A DNA stretch of 19,630 nucleotides from NCBI GenBank assembly GCA_022704925.1, contig JAKJFK010000009.1, positions 1-19,630 on the forward strand, in the 5' to 3' direction. Below are positions 9,620 through 16,478 of the stretch, piece after piece; the first letter of the stretch is position 1, and each line of letters opens with the position of its first letter. Source of the DNA: a candidate division TA06 bacterium (GTDB lineage Bacteria > Ratteibacteria > UBA8468 > MWAK01). The notes beneath the pieces were generated by a model, which was not told the DNA's origin, ran no database searches, and saw only the letters and a list, made by a program, of their open reading frames with translations. The translations under genes were made by a program, and so were the position numbers.

Positions 9620-10291
9620 GTGATCGTTCTGCCCGGCGGCGCCTACCATCACCACGCCGACCACGAGGCCGGGGCGGTCGCCCGCTGGCTCAACTCCTTC
9701 GGACTTCAGGCCTTCGTCCTGCGCTACCGGTTGGAACCGCATCCGGCCCCGCTTCAAGACCTTCAGCGGGCGGTGCGCCTGGTCAGGCACCAGGCCGGCT
9801 GCTGGCGTGTCAACCCGGACCGGGTCGGCGTGCTGGGCTTCTCGGCCGGCGGTCACCTGGCCGCCACCCTGGCCACCCATTTTGATGGCGGCGACCCGTC
9901 CGCCGCCGACCCGGTGGAACGCTTCGGCTGCCGGCCGGACGCGGTCATCCTCGGTTACGCGGGCATCTGTTTCGGCCGCTTCCGCCACCACGGTTCCTTT
10001 CAGCGCCTGCTGGGCGACAACCCGACCGAAGCGCAGGTGCGCGACGTTTCCTGCGATGAGCTGGTCGGTCCCGATACGCCCCCGGCCTTCCTCTGGCACA
10101 CCGCCGCCGACGCCTCGGTCCCGGTCAATAACAGCTTCTGTTTTGCCGAGGCCCTGCACCGGCACGGGGTCCCCTTTGAACTGCACGTCTTTCCCTTCGG
10201 CCGCCACGGCCTGGGCCTGGCCCGGGAACTCCCGGAAGTCGCGCGCTGGACGGACCTCTGCCGGGATTGGCTCCTGCGCCTGGGTTTTTGA
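9620..10291 (+). CDS. Alpha/beta-hydrolase fold esterase (GxSxG = GFSAGG)
   Basis: The nucleophile elbow GFSAGGHLAA and an oxyanion-region VIVLPGGAY are characteristic of small esterases. 9620 is the first canonical start (GTG). The conserved N-terminal strand (LNLEYYPGPAGPPRGA) lies upstream in the same frame between an in-frame TAA (9542-9544) and 9620, with only CTG codons available. The true start is therefore uncertain (see findings). Confidence 0.7.
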   Translation: MIVLPGGAYHHHADHEAGAVARWLNSFGLQAFVLRYRLEPHPAPLQDLQRAVRLVRHQAGCWRVNPDRVGVLGFSAGGHLAATLATHFDGGDPSAADPVERFGCRPDAVILGYAGICFGRFRHHGSFQRLLGDNPTEAQVRDVSCDELVGPDTPPAFLWHTAADASVPVNNSFCFAEALHRHGVPFELHVFPFGRHGLGLARELPEVARWTDLCRDWLLRLGF

Positions 10292-10308
10292 GCTGGGGCG
10301 GGGCGTTT

Positions 10309-11100
10309 CTAACGCTTCAAAAGCGAAAGGCCGAAGAAGAGGGTGGCCAGCAGTACGATGGCGGCGCCGGCCGGCAGGTCCAGCCGATAGGCCAGCAGCA
10401 GGCCGCCGACGCTGGCCAACGCGCCGGCCAGTACCGAGATCAACGCCATGCCCCGGTAGTTGGCCGCCAGCCGCCGCCCGATCGCGCCCGGAATCACCAG
10501 CAGGGCCGAAACCAGGACTATCCCCACCACCTTGATGGCCAGCACCGTCACCAGGGCCATGGTCGCCAGCAGGAGATAATTCATGGCGGCCGTCGGCACG
10601 CCCATCACCGCGGCGGTCTCCTCGTCGAAGGCGCCGAAGAGAAACTCCTTGAAGAAGAGGGCCAGGACCAGGGCCGCGGCCGCGCCGGCGATCGCGATCA
10701 TCCGGAGATCGGCGGCGGTGATCGCCAGGATGTTTCCGAAAAGGTAGCCGAAGAGGTCCAGGTTGTATCGCCGGCTCAGGCCGATCAGCAGCACGCCCAG
10801 GGCCATGTTGGCCGCGAAGAAAATGCCGATGGCCGTATCTTCCGGGACCGCGCCGCGCTGCTTGATCCAGCCGATGAGCAGGGCGACCAGCACCGAGTAA
10901 ACAACCGCCGTCCAGCCGGGATCCAACCCGAGCAGAAAACCGAGCGCCACCCCGGCGAAGGCCGAGTGGGAGAGGCCGACGCCGATGAAGGAGAGGCGTT
11001 TCAGGATCACGAAGACCGAGAGGAGCCCGCAGAGCAGGCTCACCAGCAATCCGGCCGCCAGCGCTCTTTGCATGAAGAGCAGCGAGAGCATTTCACCCAT
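10309..11100 (-). CDS. znuB: ABC-3 family metal (Zn/Mn) ABC transporter permease
   Basis: ~260-aa polytopic membrane protein with the ABC-3/TroCD-type hydrophobic pattern. It overlaps the upstream ATPase gene by 8 nt. Zinc specificity is inferred from the adjacent Zur-like regulator and is not proven. Confidence 0.8.
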   Translation of the reverse strand: MGEMLSLLFMQRALAAGLLVSLLCGLLSVFVILKRLSFIGVGLSHSAFAGVALGFLLGLDPGWTAVVYSVLVALLIGWIKQRGAVPEDTAIGIFFAANMALGVLLIGLSRRYNLDLFGYLFGNILAITAADLRMIAIAGAAAALVLALFFKEFLFGAFDEETAAVMGVPTAAMNYLLLATMALVTVLAIKVVGIVLVSALLVIPGAIGRRLAANYRGMALISVLAGALASVGGLLLAYRLDLPAGAAIVLLATLFFGLSLLKR

Positions 11101-11881
11101 CGTGCTTCTCCACCACCCGGTGCGGCATTTCGCCGTGAAAGAGAAAGTCCACCTGGCATCCGTAGGCCTTTTGCAGCGCCTCGCTGCGCAGCACCTCGGC
11201 CGGCTTGCCGTGCAGGTGGAGGCGCTGGTTGAGGCAGGCCACCTGGTCGCTGTAGGCCGGGACCAGGCTGATGTCGTGTGAAACCAGGATGACGGAGAGG
11301 GCCAGGTCCCGCTGCAGCTTCTTGAGCAGGCGGTAAAACTCCTCCTGCGAGGCGGCGTCCACGCCGGTGGTCGGCTCGTCCAGTATCAGCAGTTCCGGCT
11401 CGGTGGCAAGGCTGCGGGCGATCAGGACCCTTTGCTGCTGTCCGCCCGAAAGCCAGCGGAAGGGCCGGCCGGCCAGGCCGGCCAGACCGGTCAGCGCCAG
11501 GCATTCGCGGGCCTTCTCCCGGTCGACCCGGCCGGCCCGCCGGCCGGGTCCCAGGCGGCCGTAGCGCCCCATCATGGCCACGTCGAAGGCCGAGACCGGG
11601 AAATCGCTTTCCAGCAGGGAGCGCTGGGCGACATAACCGATGGCGCCGGGCCGCTTCTCCTGCCGGAGCCGGGGCGGCCAGCCCAGGATCCGGATTTCTC
11701 CGGCCGCCGCCGGAATCTGTCCCAGGATGGCCTTCAGGAAGGTCGTTTTGCCGCCCCCGTTGGGACCGATGATCGCCAGGAAGGCGCCCCGGTCCATCTC
11801 CAGGTTGATCCCGTCCAGGGCCAGCAGGCCGTTTCGGACGACCCGGAGATCGACAACCTGCAGTATTTTTTCCGCGCCCAT
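11093..11881 (-). CDS. znuC: Metal ABC transporter ATP-binding protein
   Basis: Walker A GPNGGGKTT, ABC signature LSGGQQQR, Walker B LLILDEPTTGVD and an H-loop SHD. Confidence 0.85.
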   Translation of the reverse strand: MGAEKILQVVDLRVVRNGLLALDGINLEMDRGAFLAIIGPNGGGKTTFLKAILGQIPAAAGEIRILGWPPRLRQEKRPGAIGYVAQRSLLESDFPVSAFDVAMMGRYGRLGPGRRAGRVDREKARECLALTGLAGLAGRPFRWLSGGQQQRVLIARSLATEPELLILDEPTTGVDAASQEEFYRLLKKLQRDLALSVILVSHDISLVPAYSDQVACLNQRLHLHGKPAEVLRSEALQKAYGCQVDFLFHGEMPHRVVEKHDG

Positions 11882-11891
11882 GGCAAAGGCC

Positions 11892-12843
11892 TTATTCCAG
11901 TCCGGTCTTCATTACCTTCAGATTATACCGCATCAATTCAAGATAGGTGTCCCGCTCCGGATCCTCCGGGTTGCCCAGCGGATCCAGGAAGAGGACCCGG
12001 GCCCCGGTGTTCTCCGCCACCGCCTCGGCGATCCGGGGCGAGAACTGCGGTTCGGCGAAGACGGCCCTGATCGCGTATTTTTTGACCGACCGGACGATCG
12101 CCTCGAGCTGGGCCGGGGTCGGTTCCCGGCCGGCCGCGGCCTCGATCACCCCGGCCTCCGCAAGTCCGTAGCGGCGGCCGAAATAAGTCCAGGCCGGGTG
12201 AAAGGAAACGTAGGCCCGGGTGCGAAAACGGCCGACGGCCGCGGCGATCTCGGCGTCCAGCCTTTTCAGTTCCGCCTGGTAGGCCGCCTCCCGCTGCCGG
12301 TAATAGGCCACTCCGTCCGGGTCGATCTCGACCAGGGCCTCGGTCAGGCGCGCCGCCATCCGTCCGGCCAGGACCGGATCCAGCCAGAGATGGGGATTGC
12401 CGATCCCGCCCATTCCCGGCGCGCCGTCCGTTTCGCCGGGCTCGTGGTGGTGCGTCTCCCGGATAAGGGGAAGGCCCTCGGCCAGGACCACTCTTTTTAA
12501 GTCGGGCTGGCCGGCGGCCCGCACCAGCTTGTCGGCCCAGAATTCCAGGCCGGCGCCGACCTCGACGAAGAGGCGGGCTTCGGCCAGCCCGGCCGCCTGG
12601 CGCGGAGTCGAAGGTGTGGGGGGTGGCTCCCGGCGGGAGCAGCAGGGTCACGCTTACCCGATTCCCGCCCACCTGTCGGGCGAAGTCGGCCAGGGGCGGT
12701 ATGGTGGCGACCACCCGCACCCGGCCGGTCCGCTCCGACCTTTCCGCCCGGCCGGCTTCACGGCCGGCCGGCTTCCAGGCGAGCAGCGCCGGCAGTAGTC
12801 CGGCCGCCAGCAGCAGCCAGGCCAGGGTTCTTAATTTCCGCAT
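11892..12843 (-). pseudogene. znuA: Periplasmic metal-binding protein (ZnuA/TroA family) disrupted by a frameshift near 12600-12625
   Basis: The N-terminal part (frame of the 11938..12843 ORF) has a signal peptide and VVATIPPLADFARQVGG...LLLPPGATPHTF, then degenerates. The C-terminal part (frame of the 11892..12524 ORF, +1 relative) reads in-frame upstream to ...TPRQAAGLAEARLFVEVGAGLEFWADKLV and continues with the His-rich HHHEPGETDG, HLWLDP, FHPAWTYFGRRYGL and EPQFSPRIAEAVAENTGARVLFLDPLG. The two halves of one gene lie in different frames, with the switch near 12609, next to a G6 run at 12618-12623. Confidence 0.75.
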
Positions 12844-12868
12844 CCGGATCCTGTTTCGCCGCGGCCGG

Positions 12869-13654
12869 TCAGAAGAGGATTGTCATTCCGGCCAGGAAGG
12901 CCGAGTCATCCGCCGCGTCGTTCAGCCCGGTTTTCAGTCCCAGGTCCAGGCTCAAGCGTTCGGAGACCTGGTAGACGAATCCGGCTATGAAGAAGGCCGG
13001 ATCCTGGCTGTCGCCGGGGTCTGGATTTCTTTCGGTTCCGATGTTGCCCACCAGCTTGAACTTTTCCGTTACCGCCCATTCCCCGGCCAGAGAGAGATGC
13101 CAGATGTCCTTGCGGTCTCCGAGACGGTTGTCGTTGTAAAGGTAACCGGCATTCAGGTGCAGCGCGCCTGAGTTGAGCTCGCGGGTGGCGATGAAGACGA
13201 GTCCGCCGGTGGGCCGGCCGTTGCCCAGACCGCGTTCCTCTTTTCCGGTGGGCAGGGTAAGGGTTGGCTTGAGAGCCAGGGCCAGGCCGTCGGATTGATG
13301 GAAGAGCCATTTCAGTTCCAGGACGAGGTCGCCCAGGCCTTCCTCGCTGTAAACGGTGGCGCCGCCGGTCTTCAATTTCTGGTCAAGATAGGGAAGGCCC
13401 AGGATGAGGTCGAGATTTTCGCCGAGCCCGTAACCCAGGGTGGCCGACAGTTCCGAGGCAACCGCCTTCTCGGCTCCCTCCCGGTCGCGTCCAAACTCAC
13501 CGTTGACTTCCAGCTGCCAGCCGCCCCGGCCAAGGGTGCCGGCGTCGTCGGTGACCAGGGGATGATAGGCCCTGGCCGGCGCGGCCGAAAACGCGATCAA
13601 CATCCCGGCCAAAAATCCGCCGATCGTTGCGGTCTTGATGTTTTTCAGGCTCAT
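12869..13654 (-). CDS. Outer-membrane beta-barrel protein, probably a Zur-regulon metal porin (family uncertain)
   Basis: ATG at 13654 is preceded by GGGAGGG. The signal peptide MSLKNIKTATIGGFLAGMLIAFSAAPARA has an AxA cleavage site. The rest has an alternating-hydrophobic beta-strand pattern and a C-terminal Phe (...AGMTILF), typical of OM barrels. The ATGA overlap with the zur stop (13651-13654) indicates translational coupling. Confidence 0.65.
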   Translation of the reverse strand: MSLKNIKTATIGGFLAGMLIAFSAAPARAYHPLVTDDAGTLGRGGWQLEVNGEFGRDREGAEKAVASELSATLGYGLGENLDLILGLPYLDQKLKTGGATVYSEEGLGDLVLELKWLFHQSDGLALALKPTLTLPTGKEERGLGNGRPTGGLVFIATRELNSGALHLNAGYLYNDNRLGDRKDIWHLSLAGEWAVTEKFKLVGNIGTERNPDPGDSQDPAFFIAGFVYQVSERLSLDLGLKTGLNDAADDSAFLAGMTILF

Positions 13655-14163
13655 TTTCCCTCCCTGGATGAACGGGTGTTTGGTTTTGATTTTCCGGTTC
13701 GCGTCCGGCACTTGCGGCAGAGGCCGACCAGTTCCAGCCGGTGCTCGGTCACCTGGAAACCGGTCTCCTTCTTCACGCTGGCCGCCAGCCCTTCCAGCCG
13801 GCACCCGGAGACCTCGCTGACCCGCCGGCATTTTTCGCAGACGATATGGTGATGGTGCTGGTCCGGCCGCCGGGCCCGGCAGAGCCCATAGTAGAAACGC
13901 TCCTCCGGTCCGGCCACCCGGGCGGCGACGCCCGCCTTGCGGAACTCCTCCAGGTTGCGGTAGACGGTCGGCAGTCCAAGGCGGCCGAACCCCGGTTTCA
14001 GACGCCGCCAGATCCGTTCGGGCGTGGCGCAGGTTCCCTGTCCCAGCAGCCGGATAATGGCCCGTCGCCGCGGGGTGAGCTTGTAGCCGTGCTCCTTCAG
14101 CAGGGCCTCGTACTTCTGGCCGTCCCCGGCCTCCGGGCCCGAATAAATAGAAACGGTTTTCAT
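13651..14163 (-). CDS. zur: Fur-family transcriptional regulator, probably zinc uptake regulator
   Basis: Fur-family DNA-binding helix region (LTPRRRAIIRLL), His cluster DQHHHHIVCEKC and a second CxxC (CRKCR) metal site. It is the first gene of the znu operon. The Zur assignment is by context and the protein could be another Fur paralogue. Confidence 0.75.
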   Translation of the reverse strand: MKTVSIYSGPEAGDGQKYEALLKEHGYKLTPRRRAIIRLLGQGTCATPERIWRRLKPGFGRLGLPTVYRNLEEFRKAGVAARVAGPEERFYYGLCRARRPDQHHHHIVCEKCRRVSEVSGCRLEGLAASVKKETGFQVTEHRLELVGLCRKCRTRTGKSKPNTRSSREGK

Positions 14164-14267
14164 TTATAATGATTTTAGTCCGCCCGGCCCCCGGGTGTCA
14201 AACCGGCTGGCCGGCCGGTGGTGTATAATGTCTTAGTGGTTTTCTCCGCAAAGGAAAGGAGCGCCTG
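14164..14267. promoter_or_regulatory. Divergent promoter region between zur (minus) and the radical-SAM gene (plus)
   Basis: On the minus strand, TTGACA (14201..14196), an 18-nt GC-rich spacer and TAAAAT (14177..14172) sit only 8 nt from the zur ATG, so zur mRNA is probably leaderless. The imperfect palindrome TTATAATGATTTTAG at 14164-14178 overlaps the -10 and start and is a possible Zur/Fur-family operator. On the plus strand, TATAAT lies at 14224-14229 and AAAGGAGC before ATG 14268. There is a CCCGGcccCCGGG inverted repeat at 14183-14195. Confidence 0.5.
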
Positions 14268-15194
14268 ATGAAATATCTCTTTGGACCGGTTCCCTCGCGC
14301 CGGCTCGGCTACTCCCTCGGGATCGACATCGTACCGGCCAAGACCTGCACCCTTAACTGCGTCTACTGCCAGCTGGGGCCGACCCCGGAGGTCACCCTCA
14401 AGCGGGCGCCCTATCTCAAGACCGAAACGCTGCTGGCCGAGCTCTCCGAGTTTCTAAAGCAGCCGCACCGCGTCGATTACCTGACCTTCTCCGGTTCGGG
14501 CGAGCCGACCCTCAACTCCGAGCTGGGCCGGATGATCCGGAGCGCGCAGAAATTGACTTCCAAACCGGTGGCGGTTATCACCAACGGCACCCTGCTTTAC
14601 CTGGAGGAGGTCCGGCGCGACCTGGCCGCCGCCGACCTGGTTCTTCCTTCACTGGACGCGGTGACGCCGGAGGCCTTCGTCCGGGTCAACCGGCCCCATC
14701 AGGGCCTGACGGTGGATCTGGTCATCCAGGGGTTGCGTGATTTCGGCCGGGAGTACCGGGGTGAGATCTGGCTGGAGGTGATGCTGGTCAAGGGCCTGAA
14801 CGACTCGCCCGAGGAGCTGGAGAAACTGCGGGAGACGCTGCGGACCCTTCGGGTCGACCGGGTCCAGCTCAACACCGTGGTCCGGCCGCCGGCCGAGGCC
14901 GAGGTCCGGCCGCTTTCCAGGGAGGAGCTGGAATCGGTCGCCCGGTTCCTGGATTGCGGGGCCGAGATCATCGTCGAATTCGCCCGGGAGGAGTCGGCCG
15001 GCTTCCAGGCCGACCGGCAGCGGGTGCTGGAGACCCTGCGCCGCCGCCCCTTGAGCCGGCGTGACCTGGTTCAGCTTACCGGCCTCCACGAGCACGAGGT
15101 CGTCAAGATACTGGAGGGCCTGCTGGCGGCCCGCCTGATCACCGGCGAGCGGACCGGCGACCGGGAGTATTACCGGGCCGAGCCGGAGTCGTGA
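14268..15194 (+). CDS. Radical SAM protein (CxxxCxxC), C-terminal winged-helix-like domain
   Basis: The N-terminus GPVPSRRLGYSLGIDIVPAKTCTLNCVYCQ carries the CX3CX2C 4Fe-4S/AdoMet motif (C27, C31, C34). Glycine-rich FSGSGEPTL SAM-binding motif. The C-terminal LSRRDLVQLTGLHEHEVVKILEGLLAARLI resembles a wHTH. The stop overlaps the yggS start. Confidence 0.75.
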   Translation: MKYLFGPVPSRRLGYSLGIDIVPAKTCTLNCVYCQLGPTPEVTLKRAPYLKTETLLAELSEFLKQPHRVDYLTFSGSGEPTLNSELGRMIRSAQKLTSKPVAVITNGTLLYLEEVRRDLAAADLVLPSLDAVTPEAFVRVNRPHQGLTVDLVIQGLRDFGREYRGEIWLEVMLVKGLNDSPEELEKLRETLRTLRVDRVQLNTVVRPPAEAEVRPLSREELESVARFLDCGAEIIVEFAREESAGFQADRQRVLETLRRRPLSRRDLVQLTGLHEHEVVKILEGLLAARLITGERTGDREYYRAEPES

Positions 15195-15862
15195 TGGGTA
15201 TCCGGGAGAACGTGCGGGAGGTGCTGGGCGGGCTGCCGGCCGGCGTCGAGCTGGAGGCGGCGGTGAAATCCCGAAGCCCGGAGGAAATCCGGGAGGCGGT
15301 GGCCGCCGGTATCCGGATCGTCGGCGCCAATTACGTGCAGGAGGCGGCCGCCGTCTTTCCCGGCCTGGGTCCGGAGGTGCGGCGCCATTTCATCGGCCGC
15401 CTTCAGAAGAACAAGGTGAAGAAGGCGGTCGAGCTCTTTGACCTGGTTGAAACGGTTGACTCCTTCGAGCTGGGGGCCGAGCTCGCCCGGCGTGCCGAGG
15501 CGGCCGGCAAGGTGATGCCGGTGCTGGTCGAGGTCAACAGCGGCCGGGAAGCGCAGAAGGCCGGGGTCCGGCCCGAGGCGGCCCTGGAACTGGCGGCCGC
15601 CCTGGCCGGTTTGAAGGGGCTGCGGGTGGAGGGGCTGATGACCATGGGACCGGCGGCCGCCGGCCCGGAGGAGCTGCTGGCCTGCTTCCGGGCCACCCGG
15701 TCTCTCTACGAGGCCGGCCGGGAGCGGTTCGGACTTTCCTTTCGATGCCTCTCGATGGGTATGAGCGATTCCTACCGGCTGGCCGTCGAGGCCGGGGCCA
15801 ACCTGGTGCGCCTGGGTACCCGTCTCTTCGGTCCGCGGCCGTCTCCCCACCTTTTAAAATAA
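15194..15862 (+). CDS. yggS: YggS/PLPHP-family pyridoxal-phosphate homeostasis protein
   Basis: Alanine-racemase-N-like fold with HFIGRLQKNKVK (the hallmark YggS motif), VEVNSGREAQKAG and MGMSDSY. ATG 15194 overlaps the upstream TGA (15192-15194). Confidence 0.85.
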   Translation: MGIRENVREVLGGLPAGVELEAAVKSRSPEEIREAVAAGIRIVGANYVQEAAAVFPGLGPEVRRHFIGRLQKNKVKKAVELFDLVETVDSFELGAELARRAEAAGKVMPVLVEVNSGREAQKAGVRPEAALELAAALAGLKGLRVEGLMTMGPAAAGPEELLACFRATRSLYEAGRERFGLSFRCLSMGMSDSYRLAVEAGANLVRLGTRLFGPRPSPHLLK

Positions 15863-15879
15863 AGACGGCGCGGCCATAA

Positions 15880-16002
15880 GAGATACTTCGATCCGCCTTT
15901 TGAAATAAGTTCGGCGAGACCTTCGGTCCGCCTTTTGAAGTGGGGCCGGCGAGACCTTCGGTCCGCCGTTCGGGATAAGGCCGGCGAGACCTTCGGTCCG
16001 CC
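15880..16002 (+). repeat. Tandem array of four ~34-36-bp repeats, each a GC stem capped by a C-UUCG-G tetraloop. It probably acts as a terminator for yggS.
   Basis: The core CGGCGAGACCTTCGGTCCGCC occurs at 15912-15932, 15947-15967 and 15982-16002, with a degenerate copy (GAGATACTTCGATCCGCC) at 15880-15897. Each folds as GGCG-a-GAC-C[UUCG]G-GUC-CGCC. The first two copies are followed by TTTT on the plus strand. Flanking sequence between copies diverges (TGAAATAAGTT / TGAAGTGGGGC / GGGATAAGGC). Confidence 0.7.
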
Positions 16003-16010
16003 TCTGAAAC

Positions 16011-16478
16011 TCAGTCTTCCGTCAGCGGTTTGACGAAGATACAGGCCGCCAGGCCCTCGTCGAGCGCGAACTGCGAATTCCCTACCTGGACAATGTAGGC
16101 CGGGAACTTCTGGAGCAGGGTGATCTTCAATCCCGGCAGGATTCCCAGGGCCATCAGCTTTTCCAGCCGTGACCGGTCATGCACCCGGAGCGAGGATACC
16201 TCGGCCGGCCGGTTTCTTTCCAGCTCGGTCAGGACTGCTTCGCCGGCCCCGGCCGGTTTCGTTGTTTGAATCCGGCTGGCCGCCGGCCCGCCCCAGCACC
16301 AGCCTTTTCCGAACCTCCGCCGTCGCGCCCCGGTCCCTGTTTCCGAACCGGTTTCGGCTATTTCCATGCCGCAGCCGGGGCAGCGGCGGCGGCCGCACCA
16401 GCGGGAAACCGGGCACCGCTGGCAGGGGCTCGGCGCCGATTTGGGATCGAACTCCAGGCCGCAGAATGAGCATTTCAT
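16011..16478 (-). CDS. feoA: FeoA-domain protein with an N-terminal Cys-rich (zinc-ribbon-like) extension
   Basis: C-terminal AEVSSLRVHDRSRLEKLMALGILPGLKITLLQKFPAYIVQVGNSQFALDEGLAACIFV is a typical SH3-like FeoA domain. The N-terminus is MKCSFCGLEF...CQRCPV...CGRRRCPGCG (two CxxC pairs plus CPGCG). The ATGA overlap with the feoB stop (16475-16478). The track ORF's longer N-terminal extension (to 16886) is out-of-frame overlap with feoB and is not real. Confidence 0.65.
   Translation of the reverse strand: MKCSFCGLEFDPKSAPSPCQRCPVSRWCGRRRCPGCGMEIAETGSETGTGARRRRFGKGWCWGGPAASRIQTTKPAGAGEAVLTELERNRPAEVSSLRVHDRSRLEKLMALGILPGLKITLLQKFPAYIVQVGNSQFALDEGLAACIFVKPLTED

Noticed and set aside
15880-16002. 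Possible CRISPR array, given exact 21-22-nt direct repeats with unique intervening sequence.
   Set aside because: The intervening segments are only 13-14 nt, with 4 copies and no cas genes. Each repeat is an intrinsic hairpin with a UUCG loop. This is terminator/REP-like, not CRISPR.
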